Positions 38,994-52,940 of a stretch of 64,000 nt of DNA are shown here, piece after piece. The position numbers were made by a program, and so were the translations under genes. Origin of the DNA: Phoronis australis (lineage: Eukaryota > Animalia > Phoronida); contig NMRA01000034.1 in assembly GCA_002633005.1 (NCBI GenBank), positions 1,301,540 to 1,365,539 of the forward strand, read 5' to 3'. Within the stretch, counting starts at the first letter, position 1. Every line of letters begins with the position of its first letter. The notes under the pieces were generated by a model. The model ran no database searches. It saw only the letters and a list, made by a program, of their open reading frames with translations, and was not told where the DNA came from.

Positions 38994-39924
38994 AGGTGCT
39001 TTAGCCGAGTTCGAGAGAAATGTGAACTGTTGGTCTCGGTGTCCACCTGATAGTTAAAATATTTCATTCCAGTCCCCACTCGTTGATTTAAAAGTCCACA
39101 AAAGCCTGACTTGACATTCAAAGCCTTCATTTATTTCAGTCAGATACACTTACCATTTATTGGTTTCTTCTTGTTTTCAGTTACCCAAGCAACAAGGCAT
39201 GGACCAGTGACATTTGGCACGGAGCGCACACTTTTGCTTTCACTATTCTCCAAAAACTGTCAGCGTGCCTTTCTATATTATTGCGTTTGAACAAACTTTT
39301 CAGAGAAGTTTACAATTTTTACAGGAATGATTGGTTCGTTTATAAAGCTAACGTTTTTGATGGGGGCGGAGTTGCCTCACGACACCTCAATTAATCCGTT
39401 CGGGGGTGGGGTTACCACGTGACACCTCACTTAATCCGTTCGGAGGTGGGGTTGCCTTGTGATACTTCAGTTAGTCCGTTCGGGGGTGGGGTTGCTTCAT
39501 AATACCCCAACTAGTCCATTCCGGGGTGGGGTTGCCTCATGACACCCCAATCAGTCCGAGTACAATTCAGATGTGCCAGCTGAGACAATTTACAGTACCT
39601 GTTTCCGTAAGTTATATTGAACAGAAAAGATAAAGAATATGTTGATGAGTTCCAGAACACGTGACCAAGTAAGAAAATTGGAGGGAATGCAACGGGAATG
39701 GCGATGCTTGAAATGACGTCATTTTACAGCAGTCCCTCCCCCTTTTTCTATGAGTTTGCATTGCATCCACTTCTTCACAACGCGATATAATGCACTTTTA
39801 TAGTCACTGTAATATTTCTGTCATATATCATAACATGGAATCCAAACAACTGAAACCAATCCTACTGTAGGAGCGATAAAATTTCCTTGATGTGTCTTCG
39901 CCTTACAAGCTGACGTAGGCACCT
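38994..39924. mobile_element. Kolobok-like non-autonomous element (TTAA TSD)
   Basis: TTAA|AGGTGCT... ...GGCACCT|TTAA; the TIR is very short. Confidence 0.5.
39361..39560. repeat. 40-bp G-rich minisatellite x5
   Basis: CGGGGGTGGGGTTGCCTCATGACACC(T/C)CAATTAGTCCGTT consensus with an exact 40-bp period. Confidence 0.9.
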
Positions 39925-42259
39925 TTAATAGAGCTAAATTGGCGTTGGTAACCTGTTGTCTGCTCTTCATGAACTGTAAGTAGATAAATTTGGCACATTT
40001 TCATTAACAAAACTCCGCAAATTTCGATGCTCGTCACATCATCTTTTAAAGGTCACCTGCATAACATAACCTTTTATACCGTATAAGTGCGCGTACTGCC
40101 TGCCCAACTGAAGAATTTATATCATATATGTTTGTATCTACGGCGTAACACGAATTTTATGTTGTATATTTGCGTTCTACCAGATGAACAGGGCCTTTTG
40201 TACTGTTTATACTCGTATGCGCTTGTACCATTTAGGCCCATTAGAGTGTGTTTAGGCCCGAGAGAGTGCTTTACTCTAAACAGGATTTCAAAACACTTAA
40301 AACTTTATCAGTTTGTCAGTAATTAAGTTATTGTTGGGAATAGCAAATACACGGGTGGTAAATGGTGATGTTGATGACTATGATAAAGTAAGCATAGTAC
40401 CGTAATGATAATAATAACAATAACTAATGAATTATCAATAACAGTAATAGTAATGACAATGATAATAAAAATTAAATACGACTATTAACAACCATAATAG
40501 TAGTAATAATAATGGTTATGATAACATTAGAAATAAAATACAATTAATAAAAGAAACAATATTAGTACTAATGATACCAATATCGTTCTATCAATTTTCC
40601 AAGGACTAGTTTATTAATAAAGACATCAACTACCTAGGTATCGAAACGCTATAACTCAGTTGGGGGTACACTGTTTCTTTGCAGTGAGAATAGTGTCCGA
40701 TAGTGTTCGACTTGAAGTGCAAGCAGCGCCGAGACCGCGCTAAAAATACACGATCGCTCACTCGATGGATCCGGGGCTCGCTCGAACGGTCACTCGGTGT
40801 AAACGAATTTTTTTTCTTCTCTTAACCTAGATGATTCGTCTAGTCTAAATTACTTTACACAGCAGTGGTCTTTCTTTACTACACAAAAAGTCGCTTAACT
40901 TCTGGCCTGCAATTTATCACCGAAACAAGCGCATACATTCCGAGAAAGTCGACGGAAATTGAAACCTTCAACTGAGCTCAGACATACTTTAAGATTTCTA
41001 ATTATTCAGCAATTATTAAATATAACATTAAGCTCTTTAGTTCGGAAATTTGATGTATCTGTGAGGATTTTGTATCGATGCTTGATGTTATTTTTTTGGT
41101 GCAAAACGATAAAGCCAGACGATAAATGCGCTTGATTAGTCCAAAAGAGTGAAATACGTGACACAAATTTATGACACCATAGCGACACAGGCTAATTTTT
41201 ACACCTTTGCCTGCTAATGTCATGTAAAAGAACTGAATGTGCAGTTATCGGATGGAACTAGTTGAGCTGAACTGATGTAGAATTTACCGTTTCATTTCCA
41301 AGACGGCGAGAAGCAACACAGCTTAGTTACAGTTGAATTTCGCTCCTATTCAGTCACATAATCTTGAATTCTTAGCGGAAACGCTTTGGGTTTAAAACAT
41401 TACAACGCACACTCCACCTTGAATCATTGCAGAATGAGCCCAAAGCAAGTCAAGTCACAGAAAATACGTGGGTTGACTAAACCCAATAAACTCTAAAACG
41501 TTTTCTGGGGCTAGGCAGTCGTCAGCGTAATCTATTAATATACATGTACACTCGAGTACAGAACCATAGAAACATATCTTGCGTTCGCCAGAAAAATAGA
41601 GCGTCAAAAATAATTTCGATTTTGATGTTTTGAGTACAAAATGAGACCCCCATAAAGTTGCATGATATATCTATAACTTCTACAAACGATGTCAACAACT
41701 CTCCTGCTTCATGAAAATGTACATGTGTAATGGTTCCTTTGTTGATAGTGATAGAGAGCTAGCGACTCAGCGACAAGATTCTTTTAAATACATGTATATA
41801 GCGTGCAGTGAAAACACATTAGTCATCATATTGTATTACTTAATAATTGAAAATAGTTATCATTTCCCGGAAACATAATACACGTACGGAAATCTGGTGA
41901 ATACTAACAGTTAATTACAATTACTCACTCGTTTGTTGCGGCTATTACATTCAGCTACTGTCTATGAGCAATAAGCGACAGGGCAATTTTGACCACAGTT
42001 TCCATCAAAACCGTAGAGAAAAACACGATCATACCTATCAAGTGTATTGGCAATGTATAGTATTGTAGTCATAGAGCAGTCACGTGCACAGTGGCAACTC
42101 ACAAATTGTCGCGAATTCTGGTTCGCGAAAATTTGTGAAATTAAAAGAGACGCAGTTATGACACAATTAAGTATGAGACATTCGCGGATATTCGTGGGAT
42201 TCGAAACCAATTGGATGAATATTTTCAATTATAATTCATCGAGGAAATCGTGATGCCGA

Positions 42260-43152
42260 ATGGAGTGTGGTGACAACGGGGAATTGAAAACGAGAGGTGT
42301 GGTGACCACAGGGTAAAGTGACGTCGACGGGATGTGATGACCACAGGGCAAAGTGATGTTGACGGGATGTGGTGACCTCATGGGAAGTCATGTAGACAGA
42401 GGGTGCAGTGAGCACATCGGAAGTGATGATGACCAGAATGCGGTGACCACAAGGCAAGTGATGCTGACCAGGATGTGGTGACCACATGGGAGCCGATACT
42501 GACCAGGATGTAGTAACCACGTGGGAACTGATACTGACCAGAGTGCAGTGACTACGGGAAGTGATACTGACCATGGTGCAGTGACCCCATGGGTAGTGAT
42601 GCTGACCAAGGTGTAGTGACCACATGGGAAGTGATGCTGACCAGGGTGCAGTGACTAAACCACATGGGAAGTGATGCTGACCAGGGTGTGGTGACCACAT
42701 GAGAAGTGATGCTGACCAGGGTGTGGTGACCACATGGGAAGTAATACTGACCAGGGTGCAGTGACCACATGGAAAGTGATGCTGACCAGGGTGCAGTGAC
42801 CACATGGGAAGTGACGCTGACCAGGGTGCAGTGACAACATTGGAAGTGATGCTGAGCATGGTGTGGCGACCACATGGGAAGTGAAACTGACGAGGGTGCA
42901 CTGACCACATGGGAAGTGATACTGACCAGGGTCCAGTGACCACAAGGCAAGTGATGCTGAACAAGATATGGTGACCACATGGGAAGTGACTCTGACCAGG
43001 GTGTGGTGACCACATGGCAACTGATGCTGACCAGGTTATGGTGACCACATGGGAAGGGATGCTAAGCAGGGTGCAGTGACCATATGGGAAATGATACTGA
43101 CCAGGGTGTGGTGACCACATGGGAATGGATGCTGACGAGGGTGTGGTGACCA
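42260..43152. repeat. 35-bp minisatellite (GGGAAGTGATGCTGACCAGGGTGTGGTGACCACAT)n, ~25 copies
   Basis: Directly visible; explains the repetitive ORFs at 42236-43153. Confidence 0.95.
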
Positions 43153-45297
43153 TATCCTTCCCTTTCCCGCCTCTCTTTCTCTCTATCTCTCTCCTGTTAT
43201 CAAAATTTGCAAAATAATCGTTTCAAGGTCTGCAAAGAACTCTCACAATACGTGCTTTTAGATAGCTAAGTGTAACATGCTTTGAATTCATATCAATTAA
43301 TTGACTTTCTGGAAGCAGTTTAGTCACACTTGAATTAACCTGAAGATTTCAATTAAATCTTTCTTCGATGAAAGCCAGTTCATATCAAAAGGCAAATGAG
43401 AAATTCCAATTACTTAAACACCGTTTGTTGCATGGGTCTTATGTAAGCGAATTTATCAGAAAGTATTAGTTTTATTAAAGAAAGAACAAGGAAACCAAGT
43501 GTACGTACGATTCAGATGGCGGTGATGAGGATGGTGATGATGACAATGACGACGACGACGATGAAGATAATGATGAGTTGAGGTGGACTATGAAAAGGAT
43601 GACGATAGTGACGACGATGACGTCAGTTTACTAACTCAATCTTTCGTTTCATGAGTCTTACTTAGGGAAAATACTTACTTTTTATTAAAGTCAGGGTGCT
43701 GGCTTCGGAATTGTTTACAGTGACTGCCATTACGGAAGGCTGTTTGTTGTGTCAAGCCCAAGCAATTATCGATTTGCATAATAAACAGTGAGAGAGATTA
43801 GAACACTAGATAGCCAACGCAAGAAAAAAATAAACTTGCTTACAGTTACGTAGGAGACGAAGGTGAAACACGTGACGACGAATGTGGAAAAGTTTTTAGC
43901 TACGCGTTTCGCTCTGTTTAGCTGCCAATGTTAAATTCTTAACCGAAAGGTTTTGGTCTTTAAAAACATGTTCACGCTCATTTGACCTCGAATTGTTGCC
44001 GAATCGTAACTGGCAATGCGTATTTGCGCCATTCTCCAATTCCCAATTTTAGGGTTGGCCAACACCAAGGAATTGTTTATTCGTTGATTATTTTTATGCT
44101 TTTGTTGGTAAAGAAAATAGAACCCTGTCACCATAAGGAACGTTAAGAGGCCGGTTTTATGAGAGTAAAAGGTCTGGTTTGATTTTCTTTGTCTAAACCA
44201 GCTGAAGAAGGCGAAATCCAGCTTTAAAAACACAGTCGGTTTTACGGAAGACAAAACGCACTTTGGGGGTTATTTTTGGGTAGGATTGAATTTTTGACTG
44301 AAATTAATAGATTTGCTTAGAGCTATAAAAGAAGAGAATCTGCTGTGTCTTTATGATTTGTTGTAAATCGTCGATACCTACATGTAACAAAGGCTTTCAA
44401 CCAAAATTAACTGAAATCGAGGCGGCGACATAATATTAGCTATTTCGTTGCCGGACGGCGTGAAAATGGTTGACGCGAACGGGTGTAGACTGCTGATCTA
44501 CGCCGGCCTGAAAAAGCTAATCTCCTGAGTCTGCATGAGGAAAAATGACAAAGAACGGGAGCACATTGGAGTATTGGAGAAGGAGTGATCTCTTTTGAAT
44601 AAGCATTTGGGAACTAAGCCGAATGCTCGAGTTGAGAAATGCCGAGCTCGCTCGGGTAGACAGCCGTCTCACACAGATAACTTGACATTCATGCTTTGCC
44701 TTACTTTTGATTAATAATAAAGCGAAAGCAAAACCTACCCCAGTAAGAAAATAAAAGTATTTTCGATCCAAAGCTTCCATTAACTGTTGTCTGAGAAGAG
44801 GATTGTAGGAAACGGTAGCCGTCAAATCGGGGATGACCGGGGACGAATTTCGTAATACTTCTATCTATTTGTTTAAAAAGTTAAAAAATCACATGTAAAT
44901 ATTTCAGCAGCACATAATATTTGGTTAAAGATGGTATCGTGTGAACGTAGACTTAAACTGGATGCTGAAAAAGACCCTGTAACCATTGTTTTCATTATCT
45001 CTCCAGCTGTACGTGCCGACAATTTTTTAAAACACACATTTTTGATGTGAAATTCATTGTCTAGTAAAGAGTGACGTTATGTATTTATATTTTTGATCTG
45101 CAATGATCAAAATGTTTGCCATGCAAAAAAGCCCAATTCAACAATTCAATACATGGTTTGTGTCATAAGCAGGTTTTCCAAGTGAAACGATCGTTTGGTA
45201 GTCAAATTTGTTCTCACATTTTCCTGGTTAAAAGTATTCGTGTGACTTCTTGGCCGTTACTGTTGAAGATGGTACGAGGACGTTTACGACTTTGGTC

Positions 45298-45435
45298 ATG
45301 AAGATAACCAAAACAACAGCAGCAACATCAACAATAAAAATAAAAGTAATAGTAATGAAATAATAACAATGGTAATTATTATTATTATTATTATTATAAG
45401 AGTAACAATAATGATGATGATGATGATTATGACAG

Positions 45436-45472
<37 letters not shown>

Positions 45473-45645
45473 AATTCTGATGATAACGACGACGGCAACG
45501 ACGACGATAAACATGGTGATGATTTTGATGAGTATGAAAATAATGATAATAACAATAATAATAATAATGATAATAATAATAACAATAACAGAGAGGAGAA
45601 TAACAGTAATAATGATGATCATGATGGTGTCAATAATGACAAATG
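45298..45645. repeat. Compound trinucleotide low-complexity tract (ATG/ATA/ATT/ACG)n
   Basis: Directly visible; similar tracts at ~40365-40580 and ~43515-43620. Confidence 0.9.
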
Positions 45646-48091
45646 CATCCAAATTGTAATAAACAACTGAGAGGAACGATTTTACTTGGAACAGAATCAA
45701 ATATCTAATACTGATAATTTTCTTCAACACGCTGTCATTAAGTCAATAATGTGACAATATGTTTCTTAATTGTCTCTATTTCCCGTGTATCTTCCATGGG
45801 GACTTTAATGATGCTATAGCGTGCAAGATTCAAAGAAAACAAGTTTATGAAAAGCAGCAAACACTAAGAGTCACTTAAAAAGCAATCAAAACAAATGGGA
45901 ATCATTTTCGAAAAAAATTAGTGTAATATTTTTCTGATCATTTCTGATCCTTGGAAACTTGTTCGCTAGTTAGCCAAATAAAGATTAAATTGGAAATGAT
46001 AAAGACCGTACAAGCCAATGTAACGAACGACGCGCCTGAAGATTACACTAAGCTAAATTTTATTTTCCATAGTTGTTTAAAGACCAAACAATAAGATCAC
46101 TGTCTGTCTTCGTTACCAAAGATTTGCTTTTTAAAATAACTTTTGAACTATTAATAGTAGACCTATAAAACTACATAATTTTAAAATCCTTGATTACCAC
46201 AGAATGTTATTAAATGCACGAAAACAATGTTCAGACGATTGTGATCACGTGACTGCATTTTTTTTAAAATCGCTATTTTTCAAGGAGATCGCACTTGCAA
46301 ATTCTGTTTCTTTTTCCATGAGTGACATAAGCGTGCCTGGGATTTTCTTTTAAGGCCTTTGAGACTGAGAAATCCCCTATCAAAAGTCAAGACGCTCACA
46401 TTTTTGAACAAATGGATGTCTGATTTATTTCTGCCCACTGATACATTCCAGTTTCATCTGCACCGAACAGAACAAATGAGAATTTTATTTTAAATTGCAA
46501 GTAGAGAAAGAAGGTGTGTTTCTATCTTTATTTCAACAAGTAATGACTCACAAACAAAGAACAATAAAACCTTGATTGTCAACATGACAACGAATACAAC
46601 AGGCTGCTTCATTAACACGATTTTCACGTTTTTTGCAAGTAGTCATCCAACGTGGTCAACCGAAGTGAAATCTTTATCATTGAGTGACTAGTTCCAGTAT
46701 ATGGTTATATAACCTATTCCCATCACTTTCAGTACCTGAGTACATTTATGTCAATAGCGCGAAACTATATATTAACGATTTCCGGCATTTTCGTTTTCCT
46801 TTGTTACCATGCTGACTATGGATCAACTACTACCATGCTGGCTCTAGTAGTTACTTCTCTATTGGCTCCAGAATAGTTTCTCATGATCATGCCTTGTCTT
46901 GTCTTGTAATAGGCAAGGGCTGATACCATCACGCCAACGGGATTAGCGCTCGGTAGGTGTTTCCAGCACGCACGAAGGGTGCAGCTTGAGAGTTGAATCT
47001 AATCATGGAGGCTCTCGAGTAGTTACTATCGTTTACCATGGTTGCAGAATAGTGGTGTAACACTGTGGTGAGATGACAATTATTATGGAATCTCTATAGA
47101 CTGAATTAACTAACGGATATAAACTGTAACGCCTTCCACGCCATAATCGAAAGTTTATGGAGACCTGGATTCGTCACCACCAAACTTTGTTCAAGAATCG
47201 ACTCCGAAATTGAAGAATCGCGTACCATCCACATCTATATAGTTTTTAGAATTTCCCGCGACATAATTGGTTAATTTCCGAGTCGAGTCTCCGAGTAGAG
47301 TTTGATTTTCTGTTAAAATGACGCGGGTGTCCGCTATCCTCAAAATGTCTATTGGTCAAGTTTTGGTAAAATAGTGGTTTGACGTTGCGGCCACGTTAAA
47401 ACAATGCCTTTCAGTGAACGTAGAAACGCAAGTTTAACGACACACAATGCTTTCTAGTGTTCCGATTATTGTATATTATATTTTTTCTTAATAAGCACTA
47501 AGCACATGGAAAAATACATTTTCATGATTCAGGTGCATGTAAAATTATTTTCTAAATTGACTGTTACTTCCTTTTCTTATTACTTTATTGATAAATTATA
47601 GTAAGTAGGCCGAACCAAAGACGGTACCAATTGTAATTTTAATGGCAATGGTCGTGATCTCCACACTCACGTTCTCGTTTCCTGAATATAAATATATCTG
47701 TATTTTTTTTATATAAATGTATAGAAATATGTTGCACTGTATAAAATGCAGCACATTTTATCTCCAGAAATCACATTTACAACAACACAAAATCTGTTTA
47801 AAGAAACACTTACTTCAATGCAGACACATAAGCGAAAAATACCTTGAAGTAGGAGAAAACAATATAATTTCATAATAAATAGTGATACAGTTTCTATACT
47901 TATGAATTTCATTGTTGATAAATAATAAAACAACTAAGTAAAAAGTCCTTTCAATTTTCTCATCAATCAGGCACAAAATATATAATTCGTCATGCTTATA
48001 TGCTCTTAATTATGACGTTACTCATTAATTTATAATAGACTCTTTTCCTTGAAAGTATAAAAAATACTCAACATTCTGACTACAAAACAGT

Positions 48092-48634
<543 letters not shown>

Positions 48635-49771
48635 TCAAAAACGTTGATTAGCCGGCTGCATGACGCCACGTCTTGTGAAGTTAAAAAAATTGAATTGAAG
48701 AACCAATATACATGTGTCAAATTGTACTTTTTCAACGAAAGTATTGTTTTAGCATTTCGTCATTTTTCCTTGTGATTAACTAGCCAGTTTAAACGCATGT
48801 TAGTTGTGAAATTCCGCTGGCCTGCACATGTTTTTTTACTGTATTTTTGACAATAAATTACAATACTACGACCTCGGCCAGCACAGACACCCTCACCGAC
48901 GCTGTGACTGACACGACCCCCACTGCTACTACCGCAATGTTATTACATACAGAATTCATACTGTTTTAAATTAATAAAAATAGCAAGTCAGGATAAATAT
49001 ATAATGCAATCCGAACGCTTTACAAAAATTCGTTTAAGTTGTGTGTTAAATTGGCTCTTGATACACAAATTGGTTTAATCCTGAAAACGGTGCCCAGATC
49101 GTGTACGCAATCGCCTTTTCTTCATGCAGTCTAGAGACATGAATTATTTGGTGAAAGCGATAAATGACATGAGTAAGACAGTGAAAACTGTTGAAATCTT
49201 TTGCTGCGTTTTATTTTATACTTGTGTGTTATTTATGGATAAAAATGTCTTCCACTGTGTACACGCGAACGGATTCGTGTTCTAAAACTATCAGTTCTAG
49301 ACAAAATAAGCAAAACTCATCAACTGGATTTTGAGATCATTACGATAATTATACAATTATACCATGAGCAATTATCTCAAGTGTTTTGCTTCAAACTATG
49401 TCCAGCACGATTAATATGCAAATCACTGTTTCTGACTCACGTAAAAAGATAAAAAACATGACGGGGTTGCGTTCCCTATACTTTGAATATTATATCGAAT
49501 ATTTCAAGAATTATATCCCATAATTCACCATTCCAACCTCACCAACAAGCATTGACCGCCATTTTGCTATGTTATGCTAGAAGGCCGCGAAAGTACTCGC
49601 GTGATTTTGCGTGGTCATGTGTGATCTCGCTTTTCTCGCTATAAACTTGGTCTACGCAACACTACCCCGTACTATTGCAAGTTTTCTCGTTTTATCTGAT
49701 TTGTAATGATCTGTAATGATTCAGAAATTCTGTCTATCAGTACATGGAAATGAAACCCGTGGTAGACTCAC

Positions 49772-49825
49772 CATGCCAGGCCCAACAAGGATATTTATAC
49801 TGAACCCCATTGCAACGATTGAAAG
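49772..49825 (-). CDS. HMX: Candidate 54-nt in-frame (phase 1-1) Hmx microexon
   Basis: TTCAATACTTCAG| ... |GTGAGT; open in the Hmx frame: (T)FNRCNGVQYKYPCWAWH(A). Confidence 0.4.
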
Positions 49826-50249
49826 CTGAAGTATTGAATCTGCGTTTTATGAGCACCAGTCGTGTTTTTCGTGACATTGAAAATTAAGTTATAATTAAAC
49901 GATTAGAAAAAAATACAACTAACCATAACGATAAACCCAGGACCCACGTCCTAGGATAAACTAATGACAGTGTTGACGATTCCGCCAGGAAACAGTTGCA
50001 GATGGAATATTTCACGGCAGCTCCGTAAACGCATCATCCGTGTCAGAGACAGCTCGAACAACACTATTGTTCACGCGATGTTCCATCAATCATTGCATAA
50101 TCTTCATATCATCATGAAAATAATTAGCCAAAATAAAATGCTGATAACATTATAACAAGGTTTCAGAAAATGTTTTTCAAGCTGAAATAAGAGTGCATGT
50201 ACAATGAAGTGGAAAGCAATAACAAATAGGATAGGAAAATTTAACTCAC

Positions 50250-50420
50250 TTGTTTCCGGCAATGGAGACGGTGAGGTGGATGTTCTGCCTGTGTGGTGCG
50301 GCTTGCATGTGTGACCGAGGTGGGTTATTCTGTCTGTGTGGTGTGCCTTACTCGAGTGACTGAGATGGCTGCTTGCGGGGACCGGGATACTGACGGCACC
50401 CGGGTAATTCGCCAGATGAC
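50250..50420 (-). CDS. HMX: Hmx middle exon (His/Ser/Pro-rich linker), 171 nt, phase 1-1
   Basis: CTTTCTGTGTGTTGCAG| acceptor and A|GTGAGT donor; GC-richer than its flanks; (R)HLANYPGAVSIPVPASSHLSHSSKAHHTDRITHLGHTCKPHHTGRTSTSPSPLPET. Confidence 0.75.
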
Positions 50421-52152
50421 CTGCAACACACAGAAAGACAGCGGTGCTTTTAATATCATGCAATATTTGTTGTACATGTACATGTGTATATATGTCTTTA
50501 AATTACTAATGGCCTTGACACATCAATGTAGTTATTGCTCAACAATTTAGACATATTTTGCTAGAAATTGGTGAGAATCGGATGTACTATTGGACATTTG
50601 TTACAATATGTGTAAGAATCCCATAGATAGTGTCACACGCAATGCACATTTCAGCTAATGTGTCTGTTTCCGCCCGTTGCCAGCTCGGTTCATCAATTTT
50701 AGGACGGGTTCGAACGTTTTGAGAACTGGCTGGTGTGACAGCGCCTTTCCGTCCTTGGATTTATCACACCAGGTGAAAAGTTAGAAAATAACTTAATCTA
50801 CCCTTTTGCATATGATATTGCCACTGATCGAAATGTTTTCCCAATCATCCATCAGTTTTCCACAAATTTCCAAGATTATTTTCACGGCTATTTTCATTTT
50901 AGAGTCAATTACATTTGCGTGCATAACCGAGACGTACTTCTTTCCAAGTGAAAAAACAACTGCATTATGATATTGTCAACACCATACATCTCACTGATAT
51001 CACTAGTATTCTTATGATTACTAGTTCATTGTCATATATTGCAACATTTGAAGTTGTTTTAACTCCCAAAATTGTATGTTTTAGTGTCCTTATGAAATCA
51101 TTTGGATTAATTGCACTATGGAACATTTAATCCGTTTTCATGTGCATTTTGCAGTGAGGTGTCAATGTCTGGTTGACAGCCCTGTACAGAAGGCGTGCCG
51201 CACATGCTAACTTTTGACTAAATTCATTTCAACAACAAATTGTTCAAATCAAATCAAGCGTTACATAGACAGCTCAAAATGGAATGGAAGTGGGAAAAAA
51301 GTAAGAATGAAGTGTTTCATCAATACAAAAAACATCCATGAGCTCCACTACGAATACATCACAACTATAGTAAACAAAAAGCGCTAACTTGCTTTATTTT
51401 GGTATCGACTCTATTTAATTGAAACATTCGTCTCTCGCCATTGTGCGAAACGTGATGTAACCAATGTCCCAAGGTAATATTCATATTACCTAAACAACGT
51501 TCAATATAACTTTAAGGTTAGGAAAACAGCCGTTTGTGAAGTTTGTGCACTAAACTGTGGCTCAAAAGTGTTTCGAAGATTTCAGGGAGCGGATATTATT
51601 TGTATTTGAGGACTTTCAGCAAAATTACGTGTATCTATGCAAATATGAGTAGACGGGAATTTTCGTTTATCCCTTGTCATTAAAATGCAAATTTATGATT
51701 ATGTAAATTTAAAATATAACCAGCCTAGGAGCTCCGATGTTATGTGCCTGGCGGTTCTCTGCTCCTCGACAGGTCCTCAGAACGCATCATGTTCTTAAAA
51801 TATTAATCCTAAGTCCTTGCCATGTGATATACCCATCATGGTCACAAAATTGCAAAATCATTGTCGTACAATATATTCATTATATTCTTAGAAGTCCTAA
51901 ATCTGCCATACAGGTTACAAATATAACGAACTTAGAAAGTTCCAAGTCATCGAACTTCACCACTTGACATTTGCATTTTTTAAGACATGTTCTAGCGGTA
52001 ACAGGATGAAAATGCACATTTTGAAGATTTTAATTATGCTGTTTTTCCCACATTACATGCAATGTATGAAATAGGTTAAGAACGAATAACATCGACTGAA
52101 AGAGAACGAAGTATCGAACGAGCATGTGAAAGTCACCAAAACTATTACTTAC

Positions 52153-52369
52153 GTTCCAGAAACAAGCTTCCATAGGTACTAGGGTGAAACCACGGATACC
52201 AGGGTCCAAATTTTGTAGGAAAAACGTATCCTCGCCCCGTTGGCAGCGCCGGTTTACTGTCTGTTGTGTCTCTTGTCACCATTTTATCATTATCTTGACT
52301 TAAAATACTGCTTATTGAAAATGCTGTGCTCTTCTTTTGCACTACGGAGGAGACATCTTCTGCTGCCAT
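52153..52369 (-). CDS. HMX: Hmx first coding exon with eh1 motif
   Basis: AAAATGGCA start; MAAEDVSSVVQKKSTAFSISSILS (eh1 FSIxxIL) ... GPWYPWF; donor C|GTAAGT, phase 1, compatible with the downstream exons. Confidence 0.88.
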
Positions 52370-52699
52370 TTTACCACTCACAGATTGTCAGTTTAAATGT
52401 CGGATTTTTAGCAACGTGCTTTAAACTATATGAGAACTAAAAGTCGCGATATTTTGAATGTAATGTACGCACAGTTGTAAGTTAGGACAGGTCAGTTGAT
52501 GTTGATCGAATGCCGTCACAGCCAGCTCTATCCCCTGTGTGAGTTGAAGCTAGTCCGGTCGATGTTGTTCGAACACCTCACTGCCAGCTCTATCCACTCT
52601 GTCTCGATTGTTATTATTCCACTACATTTAATTCCAGTGTAAAATTTGTGTGGACGTATATCATCTACCTGGCGCCCAACGTTTGTCTTGGCTATCTCA

Positions 52700-52940
52700 A
52701 ACAAGTGTCAGTGTATTTAAACGCCTTGGAGAGGCTAAGAAAAAGCAACAATGCGCTAATGAGTTTAATGATCACATCGACTTGGACGAGCTCCTCCTTT
52801 CAGCGCATCTACTTTTGACAAGCGCATCAAGACTGTGCTTCTGTGCTTCGATTGGCTAGTACTCCAGAATCGGGGCCGTAGTGAAGCCGTTGATTGGTCG
52901 ACGACGAAGTTTCCATACAAGTAAGCAGTGATTGACTGAG
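52700..52940 (-). promoter_or_regulatory. Candidate Hmx proximal promoter
   Basis: TATA-like TTTAAATA on minus at ~52713-52720, and two CCAAT boxes (ATTGG on plus at 52851 and 52893). Confidence 0.45.

Noticed and set aside
42236-43153. 305-aa His/Pro-rich ORF; CRISPR-like appearance
   Set aside because: Contiguous 35-bp tandem repeat without unique spacers, open in several frames, in a eukaryotic context.
43895-43935. Minus-strand GCT-loop-AGC-GAAACGCGTA resembling a hammerhead 3' half
   Set aside because: The CUGANGA core is absent.
45296-45730. Poly-Ile / poly-Met ORFs
   Set aside because: Trinucleotide low-complexity DNA.
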